Below, piece after piece: positions 51,401-61,624 of a stretch of DNA of 64,000 nt. The stretch is from Squalus acanthias (taxonomy: Eukaryota). The notes under the pieces were generated by a model that ran no database searches, was not told the DNA's origin, and was given only the letters and a program-made list of their open reading frames with translations. The DNA lies in NCBI GenBank assembly GCA_030390025.1, contig JASTWF010000121.1:744001-808000 (forward strand). Direction: 5' to 3'. How positions within the stretch are numbered: position 1 is the stretch's first letter; each line of letters starts with the position of its first letter. Position numbers and translations under genes: made by a program.

Positions 51401-54400
51401 TTTCATCAGCCTATTTCTTTTTGCCATGTTCTCAGTGGCTATGCTGCATTTTTATCAAGTTGGGGGTTGGGAACCTGTGCAGGGAGACAGAGGAAGGGGA
51501 AGCAAGGATAGAAGCAATAGACAGGAAGGAGAAAAGCAAAAGTGGCAGTCAGAGAAATCAAGGGTGTAAATCAAACATGGCCACAGTAAATAATAATTCT
51601 AAAAGGTCTAAGAGTGTTAAAAAAACAAGTCTGAAGGCTTTGTGTCTTAATGCAAGGAGCATTCGTAATAAGGTGGATGAATTGGCTGCGCAAATAGATG
51701 TAAACGGATATGATATAATTGGGATTACGGAGACGTGGCTCCAAGGTGACCAAGGCTGGGAATACAACATCCAGGGGTATTCAATATTCAGGAGGGACAG
51801 GCAAAAAGGAAAAGGAGGTGGGGTAGCACTGCTGGTTAAAGAGGAGATTAACACAATAGTAAGGAAGGATATTAGCTCTGACGATGTGGAATCTGTATGG
51901 GTAGAGCTGAGAAATACCAAGGGGCAGAAAACGTTAGTGGGAGTTGTATACAGGCCCCCAAACAGTAATGCTGAGGTTGGGGAGGGAATTAAATGGGAAA
52001 TTAGAGACGCGTGCAATAAGGGCACAGCAGTTATCATGGATGGCTGTAATCTACATATTTTGTTTAGGCACGCTACAGCCCTCTGGACTCAATATCGAGT
52101 TCAACAATTTTAGATCATAACCTCAGCTCCAATCACATTTATATTTTATTTTTTCCACCCTTTTATTTGCCCCCCCCGCACCTTTTTTTTCCTCCTAGAA
52201 GCTGGCAGCTGTCCTTCATTCTGCCAGTGGATTTCACACTTCTTTCAGCCTTAATCTGTCACATTAACACCACCTCTAGCCTTGCATATCTCTTAATGTC
52301 TCTTAATGTCTCTTCATCTCCCCCTTTGTTCTTTTATCCCCTCCCCCTTTTCCCAGCTTTACTCTGGCCTTAAATCTATTTGATTTCCAGCTCTTCACAG
52401 TTCTGACGAAAGGTCATCGACCTGAAACGTTAACTCTCTTTCTCTCTCCACGGATGCTGCCTGGCCTGCTGAGTTTGTCCAGCGTTTTCTGTTGTTATTT
52501 CAGATTTCCAGCATCCGCAGTATTTTGCTATCGTAATCTACATATAGATTGGGCTAACCAAATTAGTAACAATAATGTGGAGGAGGAATTCCTAGAGTGT
52601 ATACGGGATGGTTTCCTGGACCAATATGTCGAGGAACCAACTCGAGATCAGGCCATCTTAGACTGGGTATTATGTAATTAGAAAGGATTAATTAGCAATC
52701 TTGTTGTGCAAGGCCCCTTGGGTCGGAGCGATCATAATATGATAGAATTCTTCATTAAGATGGAGAGTGAAGTAGTTGACTCAGAGACTAGGGTCCTGAA
52801 TTTAAATAAAGGAAACTACGATGGTATGAGGCACGAATTGGCTAGGATGGATTGGGGATCGTTACTTAAAGGGTTGATGGTGGATAGGCAATGGCAAACA
52901 TTTAAAGATCGCATGGATGAACTACAGAATTTGTTCATCCTTGTTTGGCATAAAAATAAAACAAAAAAGGTGACTCAACCATGGCTAACAAGGGAAATTA
53001 GGGATAGCATAAGATCCAAGGAGAGGACATATAAATTGGCCAGAAAAGGCAGCCAACCTTAGGATTGGGAGCAGTTTAGGATTCAGCAAAGGAGAACAAA
53101 GGTCTTAATTAAGAGGGGGAGAAATAGAATATGAGAGTAAGCTTGCAGGGAACATAACAACTGACTGTAAAAACTTCTATAGATATGTGAAGAGAAAAAG
53201 ATTGGTGAAGTTATGCGTAGATCCCTTGCAGTCAGAATCAGGGGAATTTATAATGGGGAACAAAGAAATGGGAGACCAATTAAATACCTACTTTGGTTCT
53301 GCCTTCACAAAGGAGAACACAAATAACCTCCCAGAGATGTCGGGGAACATAGGGTCTAATGAGAGGGAAGAACTGAATGAAATCAGTATTTGTAGGGAAA
53401 TGGTGTTAGGGAAATTGACGGGATTGAAAGCCGATAAATCCCCAGGGCCTGATAATCTACATCCGAGGGTACTTAAGGAAGTGGCCCTAGAAATATTAGT
53501 TGCATTGCTGGTCATCTTCCAAAATTCTATAGACTCTGGAACAGTTCCCATGGATTGGAGGGTAGCTAATTTAACCTCACTATTTAAAAAAGGTGGTAGA
53601 TAGAAAACGGGGAATTATAGAATGGTAAGCCTGACATCGGTAGTGGGGAAAATGCTAGATTCCATTATAAAAGATGCAATAGCAGAGCACTTGGAAAACA
53701 GTGACAGGATTGGACAAAGTCAACATGGATTTACAAAAGGTAAATCATGCTTGATTAATCTACTGGAATTTTTTGAGGATGTAACTGGTAAAATAGATAA
53801 GGGAGAACCAGTGGATGTGGTGTATTTGGACTTTCAGAAGGCTTTTGATAAGGTCCCGCATAAGAGATTAGCGTGCAATGTTAAAGCACATGGGGTTGGG
53901 GGTAAGGTACTGACTTGGATAGAGAACTGGTTGGCAGACAGGAAGCAAAGAGTTGGAATAAATGGGTCTTTTTCCGAGTGGCAGGCAGTGACTAGTGGGG
54001 CACCGCAGGGATCGGTGCTAGGACCCCAGTTATTCCCAATATATATTAATGATCTAGACGAGGGAACTAGATGTAATATCTCCAAGTTTGCAGATGACAC
54101 AAAGCTGGGTGGGCGTGTGTGTTGTGAGGAGGATGCAGAGAAACTCCAGTATGATTTGGACAAGTTGGGTGATTGTGCAGATGCATGGCAGATGCAGTAT
54201 AATGTGGACAAATGCGAGCTTATCCACTTTGGTGGCAAAAACAGGAAGGCAGATTATTATTTGAATGGCAATAGATTGGGAAAAGGGGAAGTGCAACGAG
54301 ACCTGGGAGTCCTTGTGCACCAGTCGTTGAAGGTAAGCATGCAGGTGCAGCAGGCGGTTAAGAAGGCAAATGGTATGTTGGCCTTCATAGCGAGAGGATT

Positions 54401-55947
54401 CGAGTACAGGAGCAAGGATGTCTTGCTGCAGTTGTACAGTGCCTTGGTGAGACCACACCTTGAGTATTGTGTCCAGTTTTAGTCGCCTTATCTGAGGAAG
54501 GATGTTCTTGCCATGGAGGGAGTGCAGCGAAGATTCACCAGACTGATACCTGGGATGGCAGGAATGACGTATGAAGAGAGATTGGGTCAGTTGGGCTTAT
54601 ACTCGCTGGAGTTTAGAAGAATGAGAGGGGATCTCATTGAAACTTATAAAATTCTAACAGGACTAGACAGACTAGATGCAAGAAGAATGTTCCCGATGGC
54701 GGGGGAGTCCAGAACCAGGGGTCACAGTCTAAGGATAAGGGGTAAGCCATTTAGGACTGAGATGAGGAGGAATTTCTTCACTCAGAGAGTGGTGAACCTG
54801 TGGAATTCTCTACCACAGAAGGCAGTTGAGGCCAACTCATTAAATATATTCAAGAAGGAGGTAGATATATTTCTTAAGGCTAAAGGGATCAAGGGATATG
54901 GGGAGAAAGCAGGGACAGGGTACTGAATTTGGATGATCAGCCATGATCTCATTAAATGGCGGAGCAGGCTCGAGGGCCCGAATGGCCTACTCCTGCTCCT
55001 ATCTTCTATGTTTCTATGATTCTATATCCTTTACTTCGTGCTTCTCTACACGCACTTTTCAAGACTGATTTAAACTGACTTTTTTTGGTTATGGATTTAA
55101 GCAAAATGTGTAGATTACTGAAGTAACAACTAATGTGGAGGACATCATCCCAGAGAATTCTTAAACCAGCATCAGCAATATATTGGACAATGTAATTATC
55201 GTTTGTATTTTGTTGTAGAACTCAGGAGATCGTCTGGCAGATTCAAATGCCACGTACATGGTAAGAAACTCCAATTTTAGATCATTAATACTTTCCAAAT
55301 AACCCTTCATTGGGCGCGTGTTACTAGATTGCTAATTCTATCATTGCTCTGTTCTCTGTTAGGCATTACAGCGACCGGATCAGTCCATATACAGTGAGCT
55401 TAAAGGTATGTTTCTGTAACACTTGACAAGGGTGGAGTCAAAGCTTGTGATATCTGTCACTTTTTGTATAAATGGTGAAACTGTGGGAAACCCTTCCCCT
55501 AAAATGGATCCACAGCAGCAACATTGCATGGCCTAGACCCAGAGCAATGAGTCCAGTGTGGTAACGGGCCATCAGTTGCCCAGTACCGTGATGGATTGAA
55601 TGTTGTGTGGTAATGAACAGCTTTTACTAAATCATTAAAACCCGCACACACACAAATCCTCTCATTTGTTGACACCGAGTAATGTAACCAGATTAAAAGT
55701 AGCCAGTGCAATTTATTTTCTAATTCAACAATTTCCTTTGGTTTCAAGGGTTAAGCAAATTATTGGCTCCGATTTTTCCAACAAGAGCTATGTCATATCA
55801 ATTCTGGGAAAATAGACCATATAATCAAGGGAAAGCTACGTACTCGCAGGCCACTTACATTCCTATAGCCATTAATTACTTGTCACTATTATTTCAGAGA
55901 TAAATACGTCGACCGCTGATTCATTTTTCAACCCCATTTCTACCTGA
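24379..55947 (+). CDS. Multi-exon type I membrane IgSF receptor: leader - VJ - VJ - TM - YENI - ITAM (~365 aa). Exons 24379-24430, 31970-32323, 40703-41050, 49639-49773, 49952-50025, 55219-55260, 55363-55405, 55898-55947
   Basis: All exons have GT/AG boundaries with matching phases (1,1,1,1,0,0,1) and give one open frame; the last exon is least certain. Confidence 0.85.
25860..26500. mobile_element. L2 LINE 3' fragments in both orientations
   Basis: Similar to the L2 tail at 39215-39745 (ctccttaaaacc...tttgacca; aggacacgggcagcagag). Confidence 0.65.
27170..28002 (+). mobile_element. CR1 RT and 3' fragments with internal deletion
   Basis: [30 protein letters not shown], (CTATGACT)n tail. Confidence 0.85.
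28003..31216. mobile_element. Harbinger remnant (transposase 3' end on +, Myb/SANT gene on -) in intron 1
   Basis: [34 protein letters not shown] (30355-30200, minus); TIR-like AATATCGGGGCCT at ~31204-31216. Confidence 0.75.
30610..31073 (-). mobile_element. tRNA-derived Deu-domain SINE (SacSINE1-like) with L2-type tail
   Basis: A/B-box head on the minus strand at ~31000-31073; Deu core aaagatcccatggcactatttcgaagaagagcagggg; fragments also at ~31712-31775 and 42935-43068. Confidence 0.75.
31970..32323 (+). CDS. Exon 2, V-set domain 1 with germline J-like strand
   Basis: VLIQSP...VQFRC...WY...RFQLSRD...[34 protein letters not shown]; cacag| acceptor, |gtaagt donor. Confidence 0.93.
33010..33340 (-). 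mobile_element. SINE, same family as 39808-40420
   Basis: Reverse complement of the aaacccatctgg...ggaaatctgccgtcc core and gccttgccagcgac tail. Confidence 0.65.
33655..36765 (-). mobile_element. Relatively young CR1: whole ORF2 with an open 597-aa RT frame and a frameshifted EN frame; ORF1 missing
   Basis: ORFs 33748-35541 and 35675-36496; FADD, PQG, GDFN, SDH. Confidence 0.95.
37111..37283. mobile_element. 173-bp palindromic Harbinger-type MITE
   Basis: GGGGTAGA...TCTACCCC ends, ~70-bp complementary arms, TTT TSD. Confidence 0.8.
37805..39072 (+). repeat. 51-bp G-rich minisatellite, ~25 copies, between V1 and V2
   Basis: Unit gtgggttggggtagtgggtgatgtgaggggttgtggtctgggcaggatg(c/t)g; 17-aa periodicity in the ORF track. 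Confidence 0.95.
39215..39745 (+). mobile_element. L2 LINE 3' end
   Basis: [10 protein letters not shown]...HWFPVKQR...GGRAFSY...LWNSLP and L2-type tail. Confidence 0.85.
39808..40420 (+). mobile_element. SINE interrupted by a CR1 3' fragment (~40015-40254, TSD gaccc)
   Basis: Degenerate tRNA-like head, LINE-derived tail, CR1 stem-loop and tail inside. Confidence 0.65.
40703..41050 (+). CDS. Exon 3, V-set domain 2 with germline J-like strand
   Basis: VLLQSP...ARLQC...WY...[42 protein letters not shown]; phase-1 ends. Confidence 0.93.
41240..41770 (+). mobile_element. Penelope-like element 3' fragment (GIY-YIG remnant and pLTR with hammerhead core)
   Basis: LYIGES...F..H...PVTCHFN...[17 protein letters not shown]; CTGACGA...GAAAC at ~41674-41699; second pLTR fragment ~42008-42180. 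Confidence 0.8.
42270..42928 (+). repeat. 58-bp minisatellite, ~11 copies
   Basis: atttaatc recurs at 42283, 42341, 42399 and onward. Confidence 0.95.
44165..44486 (-). mobile_element. HE1-like V-SINE (elasmobranch SINE)
   Basis: tRNA head gggcaacacggtggcatagtggttagcactg...ggttcgaatcc, V-domain gtgtggagtttgcacattctccccgtgtctgtgtgggtttcctccggg, CR1-type tail. Confidence 0.85.
45568..46410. mobile_element. Harbinger-type MITE, same termini as 1600-2338, opposite orientation
   Basis: GGGCTGGATTTTGATACTGGGG...GGGTCAATGAAAATCCAGCCC; imperfect TSD aga/aaa within CR1. Confidence 0.85.
47968..48211 (+). pseudogene. Truncated third V exon (copy of V2) lacking the E-F-G strands, cut by a CR1
   Basis: 8 differences from V2 over ~244 nt; sequence switches to CR1 after RDTSNN; in-frame stop at 48228-48230; the missing 3' part is not found downstream. 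Confidence 0.9.
48212..49390 (+). mobile_element. 5'-truncated CR1 followed by a second CR1 3' tail
   Basis: ORF 48133-49131 with FADD; tails at ~49190-49230 and ~49360-49390. Confidence 0.9.
49639..49773 (+). CDS. Exon 4, stalk and transmembrane segment (I)[44 protein letters not shown]
   Basis: Polypyrimidine acceptor tttcctttcacag, 22-aa hydrophobic span, basic stop-transfer residues, phase-1 gtatgt donor. Confidence 0.9.
49952..50025 (+). CDS. Exon 5, cytoplasmic [25 protein letters not shown]
   Basis: ttatttcccag acceptor, cag|gtgagt donor, in frame. Confidence 0.85.
51480..55025 (+). mobile_element. CR1 with nearly complete ORF2 (stops/frameshifts), young subfamily shared with 11779-12900 and 19665-20922
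   Basis: LNARSI, ITETWL, YRPP, SDHN, QHGF, FADD, 3' tail. Confidence 0.92.
52059..52532 (+). mobile_element. Penelope-derived insertion with 13-bp TSD and hammerhead core
   Basis: GTAATCTACATAT at 52046-52058 and 52533-52545; CTGACGAaaggtcatcgacctGAAACGTTAAC at ~52403-52435. Confidence 0.8.
55219..55260 (+). CDS. Exon 6, [14 protein letters not shown] (first ITAM tyrosine)
   Basis: ttttgttgtag acceptor, atg|gtaaga donor, 42 nt, phase 0-0. Confidence 0.85.
55363..55405 (+). CDS. Exon 7, [14 protein letters not shown] (rest of the ITAM)
   Basis: ttctctgttag acceptor, aag|gtatgt donor; read-through alternative ends KGMFL* at 55419. Confidence 0.85.
55898..55947 (+). CDS. Probable last coding exon (E)[15 protein letters not shown]
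   Basis: Good acceptor ctattatttcag; terminus uncertain. Confidence 0.45.
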
Positions 55948-56070
55948 AGTGACATCAGAATGATACAGGGACTGAAAGAGTTAATTATGAGGGCGGGTTG
56001 CATACATTGGATTTATTGTCTTCAGTTTAGGAGGTCGAGGGGTGATCTAATCGAGGTGTTTAAAATGATA

Positions 56071-57101
56071 TGATGTGGAGATGCCGGCGTTGGACTGGGG
56101 TGGACAAAAATGAGAAGTCGCACAACACCAGGTTATAGTCCAACAGATTTATTTAATTTTACAAGCTTTCGAAGCAAGTCGCTCCTTCGTCAGGTAAGTT
56201 AGCAATGAGAGAATCTCCCAGAATTCACAATTTAAACACAGATGGCTAAGGCCATCCCCACGCCTCCACTACTCGCCTTCAAGCAGCCGCCTAACCTCAA
56301 AAGTACCATCGTTCGCAGCAGATTACCCATCTTTCAGGAGAACAGCAACCAAGACACCACACAACCCTGCCACGGCAACCTCTGCAAGACATGCCAAATC
56401 ATGGACACAGATACCTTCATTACACGTGAGGACACTACCCACCAGGTACACGGTACATACTCATGTGACTCGGCCAACGTTGTCTACCTGATACGTTGCA
56501 GTAAAGGATGCTCCAGAGCATGGTACATCGGCGAGACCATGCAGACACTGAGACAACGTATGAACGGACACCGCGCAACAATCGCCAGGCAGGAGGGTTG
56601 CCTCCCAGTCGGGGAACACTTCAGCAGCCAGGGGCATTCAGCCTCGGATCTGCGGGTAAGCGTTCTCCAAGGCGGCCTTCGAGATACACGACAGCGCAAA
56701 ATCATAGAGCAGAAACTGATAGCCAAGTTCCGCACTCATGAGGATGGCCTCAATCGCGATATCGGGTTCATGTCACGATACAGAACGTGACTTGACATCA
56801 TGGCCGGTCTTCCCAGGTGTTTTTTTTTTATTTATTTTTTTACTAACACAAGAACACAAATTGACAGGATATGCAGCCAGCAGGTGGTTTGACACGTTGG
56901 ACCCCCTGGGACACATCTCATTGTCTTGGCTGTGCTCTTTGTTGTAGAAAAAATGTGAATAGATTTTGTCTGTGTTTAAATTGTGAATTCTGGGAGATTC
57001 TCTCATTGCTAACTTACCTGACGAAGGAGCGAACTGCTTCGAAAGCTTGTAAAATTAAATAAATCTGTTGGACTATAACCTGGTGTTGTGCGACTTCTCA
57101 T
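56071..57101 (+). mobile_element. Penelope-like element: inverted 5' pLTR, GIY-YIG endonuclease ORF (56242-56790), 3' pLTR; 12-bp TSD; inserted in a CR1 fragment (~55955-57220)
   Basis: VVYLIRC...WYIGET...R...H...E...GLN; 56107-56242 is the reverse complement of 56969-57104; TTTAAAATGATA at 56059-56070 and 57102-57113. Confidence 0.92.
57012..57052 (+). ncRNA. Minimal type I hammerhead ribozyme in Penelope pLTR (antisense copy at ~56160-56200)
   Basis: CTGACGA, stem II GGAGC/GCTTC, GAAA, palindromic AAGCTT stem III, GTA. Confidence 0.7.
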
Positions 57102-57206
57102 TTTAAAATGATAAAGGGATTTGAGAGGGTAGATTGAGAGAAACTATTTCCTCTGGTGGGAGAATCAAGAACAAGGCGGCAGAACCTTAAAATTCGAGCC
57201 AGGCCG

Positions 57207-58130
57207 TTCAGGAGTGAAACAGTTCCAGCAGCAGTCCCTGGACAGTGATCAGGAGTGAAACAGTTCCAGCATTCCCGGGACAGTGATCAGGAGTGAAACA
57301 GTTCCAGCAGCATTCCCTGGACAGTGATCAGGAGTGAAACAGTTCCAACAGCATTCCCTGGACAGTGATCAGGAGTGAAACAGTTCCAGCAGCAATCCCT
57401 GGACAGTGATCAGGAGTGAAACAGTTCCAGCAGCAGTCCCGGGACAGTGATCAGGAGTGAAACAGTTCCAGCAGCATTCCCGGGACAGTGATCAGGAGTG
57501 AAACAGTTCCAGCAGTCCCTGGACAGTGATCAGGAGTGAAACAGTTCCAGCAGCATTCCCTGGACAGTGATCAGGAGTGAAACAGTTCCAGCATTCCCTG
57601 GACAGTGATCAGGAGTGAAACAGTTCCAGCATTCCCTGGACAGTGATCAGGAGTGAAACAGTTCCAGCATTCCCTGGACAGTGATCAGGAGTGAAACAGT
57701 TCCAGCATTCCCTGGACAGTGATCAGGAGTGAAACAGTTCCAGCATTCCCTGGACAGTGATCAGGAGTGAAACAGTTCCAGCATTCCCTGGACAGTGATC
57801 AGGAGTGAATCAGTTCCAGCAGCATTCCCTGGACAGTGATCAGGAGTGAAACAGTTCCAGCAGCATTCCCTGGACAGTGATCAGGAGTGAAACAGTTCCA
57901 GCAGTCCCTGGACAGTGATCAGGAGTGAAACAGTTCCAGCAGCATTCCCTGGACAGTGATCAGGAGTGAAACAGTTCCAGCAGCATTCCCTGGACAGTGA
58001 TCAGGAGTGAAACAGTTCCAGCAGCATTCCCTGGACAGTGATCAGGAGTGAAACAGTTCCAGCAGTCCCTGGACAGTGATCAGGAGTGAAACAGTTCCAG
58101 CAGCATTCCCGGGACAGTGATCAGGAGCGG
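57207..58130 (+). repeat. 40/43-bp minisatellite, ~22 copies
   Basis: Unit tcaggagtgaaacagttcc(agc)1-2attccctggacagtga. Confidence 0.95.
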
Positions 58131-58199
58131 GAATGCTGACCAGTCATTTTTGTCCCTGTTCAGCCTGCGGGTCCCCAACTGCCACTGTTGGAGTCAACA

Positions 58200-60940
58200 C
58201 AGACACTATTACTGAAACACGGCTGAAAGAAGGGCAGGAATGGCAGCTCAACATTCCTGGTTACAGGGTTTTCAGGCGAGATAAAGGGGGATAAAAAAGG
58301 AGGGGGGGTCACAATATTGGTTAAAGAAACAATTACAGCTGTGAGCAGGGAAGATATGTTGGAAGGATCATGGTACAAGGAATGGGGGACACAGATATAA
58401 AGTTTTGGGCAAGAGATACAGGAGGGATGTGAGTTAAAACCTTTTTACACAGCGAGTGCTGATGACCTGGAACTCGCTGCCGACGGAAGTGGTGGGAGCG
58501 GAGACACTCAATGTTTTCAAGGGGAGACTGGATAGGCACTTGAGGGAAATAAACTTGCAGGGTTACGGGGATAGAACGGGAGAATGGGACTGACTGGGTT
58601 GCTCTGCAGAGAGCTGGCACGGACTCGATGGGCTCGATATGACTCTATGACTCATCAAATGAGGCCTTATGGGTTGAACTGAAGGACACAAATGGGGCAA
58701 TTACACTGCTGAGAGTGTACTATAGACCCCCAAATATTCAGAGGGAGATAGAAGAGCCAATATGTAGGCAAATTTCTGAGAAGTGCAAAACAGTAGGGCA
58801 GTAATAGTAGGGGATTTCAATGACCCTAACATTAACTAAGATAGAATCTGTGTAAAGAGTGAGCAGAATTCTGAAAATGCATTCAAGAGAACTTTTTTAG
58901 CCAGTACAGAGCAAGTCCAACAAGAGAGGGGGCGGTTCTAGACTTAGTTTTAGGGAATGAAGCTGGGCAGGTGGAAGGGGTATCAGCGGGAGAGTATTTT
59001 GGTGGTAGTGATCATAATTCAGTTAGATTTAGCGTAGTTACGGAAAAGGACAAAGATAGACCAGGAGTAAAAGTTCTCAATTGGGGAAAGGCCAATTTTA
59101 CTAAGCTTTTTGTGGTACATATCAATGATTTAGACTTCAATGTAGGGGGCATGATTAAGAAGTTTGCAGATGATACAAAAATTGGCCGTGTGGTTGATAA
59201 TGAGGAAGAAAGCTGTAGACTGCAGCAAGATATCAATGGACTGGTCAAGTGGGCAAACAAGTGGCAAATGGAATTCAATCCAGAGAAGTGTGAGGTAATG
59301 CATTTGGGAAGGGCTAACAAGGTAAGAAAATACACAATAAATGGTAGGATACTGAGAAGTGTAGAGGAACAGAGGGACCTTGGAGTGCATGTCCACAGAT
59401 CCCTGAAGGTAGCAGGACAGGTAGAAAGGGTGATTAAGGCATGCGGAAAAGATTGGATAGGCTGGGGTTGTTTTCTTTGGAACAGAGGAGGCTGAGGGGA
59501 GACTTGATTGAGGTGTATAAAATTATGAGGGGCCGAGATAGAGTGGATAGGGAGGACCTATTTCCCCTAGAAGAGAGGTCAATAACCAGTGGGTCATAGA
59601 TTTAAAGTAACTGGTAGAAAGATTAGAGGGGAGGTGAGGAGAACGTCTTTCGCCCAGAGGGTGGTGGGACGCTGAAACGCTCATCACATTTAAAATGTAC
59701 TTGGATATGGACTTGAAGTGCCGTAACTTGCAAGGCCATGGACCAAGAGCTGGAATGTGGGATTGAAGGGATATTTACCAGTCTTAGCCCCTTTAGGGCT
59801 ACCCCGGATCAGGCGTATTTCTCAGACGTTCACTTTTAACTAAAGTTTGAGGTAGCCGAATCCTAAAGTTCCGGGCTATCTCTCCCTAAAGGAAAGGAAC
59901 AACCTGAGAATGTTACCGTCCTCCAGATAGCACTTTTAATAAGTTTAGCTAGACTGTAACGTCCCAGATATTAAGAGGGTCCGGAAAACTCCCCTCAGAA
60001 ATCTGCAACTCTTCATCAAAGAGTGTACAGAGATTGAGTTTGCGAGTTTTTGATACAGAAGTCTTATGTGCGACAATTCTAAAAATATATAGATTTATTA
60101 AAGAACCGACATGCAATCTACAGTTGGTGAATCAGTCAATCGCAACTTTAACAGCTCTAAAATGAAAAAAAAGTACATCTTTTTAACAGAGAATCTTACT
60201 TTTAAATCTTAACTTCGCCACAGTATTACAGTTCTTAAAGGTTTCTTATACAGGATATACATCAATATCAAATACCTTTGATCCCCGAGGTACAAAGAGT
60301 GGTAGACTACAGAGCTGCCTCTGAAGCCGAGAATCGCTTTGCCTGATTAAAGCGAGTCTAAAATTCCATTTGAGAGTTCAATATTTATACCCTTTTCCAG
60401 TGGTGATTCCTTTAAGGTTTTCTGCTGATGCAAGTTAATTATCGCTAGTCATCTTTCTGCCGACCTCTGCCATTCTTACTGCCACATCAGCCAGAATCTT
60501 GTCTCATCTCTCGGTGTTCTAAGTTCACCATATAAAAACAGTGTGCTGGGCAGGTGTTCTTTATTTTATATCATCATTACGAAGTTTAAATTAGAACACC
60601 TTATCCAGGGTGAACCATTGTTTTGTTCCCAAAAGGTCAGCTTATCGGAGCCATGCACATTCTGTTTCAATAAGTTTATTTATTCAGTGTCAACAACTGT
60701 CTTATCTCAATAGCCAGAATGCTTTCATAGCTATTTCATCGTTAGGTTTCCAAATTCCCAAACCCAGTTCGTCATGTTTTAATAAGGCCAGAACTCCTTC
60801 ATAAGATAGTGTATTTTTCTGAATAGGTTATATGTCTTACTCCTTCACAGGATTAGGCTGGAGAGCTCTTTTTCAGCCGGCACAGACACGATGGGTCGAA
60901 TGGCCTCCTTCTGTGCTGTAAATTTCTATGATTCTATGAT
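58200..60940 (+). mobile_element. Mosaic of CR1 fragments (EN, RT, 3' ends), split by a solo LTR
   Basis: GGSDHNSVRF, KFADDTK, two CR1 tails (~58650, ~60930). Confidence 0.8.
59764..60849 (-). mobile_element. Solo LTR, ~1.09 kb
   Basis: TGAAGG...CCTTCACA ends, GGAT TSD at 59760-59763 and 60850-60853 inside a CR1 3' end; minus-strand TATA (~60385) and AATAAA (~60095) suggest orientation. Confidence 0.75.
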
Positions 60941-61624
60941 TCACTCAACCCTGAGACCTTACCAGTCTCTTTGACTCAGATACACCCGGGATAAACTCAG
61001 ACAATGTCTGAAATTGTCTTTTACTGTCACATTTTACACTAGATTACTTTAGATTACTGCTTTATTTTTAATTTTGTTCAAACAGGCAATAAACAAACAG
61101 CTGACAGCTGAAGCACAGAAGAAGTCCATCCATAAGATGCTATTCTGGGAGGAAGAACATATGATGGACATTTCAATCAGGAAAAGGTTATCAGACCGAA
61201 CAAGCCTGCTCCCCACCTGCTCACCAGATCCCTCAATCCCTTTTCTCATCTGATTATCTCCTGAACCCATTTATTCTGTTCATACCAGGAACATTCTTCG
61301 GTTCCTTACTCCACAATTCTGTGACCCTTTGGGTGATAAAGTTCTGCCTGACTTTAACCTTTACTCCTGTCTTCCTAACTTGTTTCTCCTGGTATTTGAA
61401 CAATTTGATTCAGCACTTTCCTTCAGAATCTTAGAAAGTTCAATTCGATCAAGCTGCAGTTTTCTGTTTTGCAAAGGAAACAATCTAAGCTTCCTTAACT
61501 TTTCATCATAATTTAAATTCCTGGCACCTGGAATAATCGTTTCTGAAAGGTAATAACATGCAGGCGTCCTGATTGTCGGGTTAAACCATTGTCTTCCCCT
61601 CCACCCATCTCAAAGTCTTGGAAC

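Noticed and set aside
50300-51480. Several 100-218 aa ORFs in pyrimidine-rich intron sequence
   Set aside because: Low complexity, no recognisable domain; probably an unclassified old repeat
24379-55947. NKp30 (NCR3) or CD79/CD8 orthologue
   Set aside because: NKp30 has one V and a TM Arg with no ITAM; CD79 has one Ig domain and a polar conserved TM; CD8 has a Cys-containing hinge; no symbol assigned
57207-58130. CRISPR-like array
   Set aside because: Head-to-tail repeats without unique spacers, in a vertebrate genome with no cas genes
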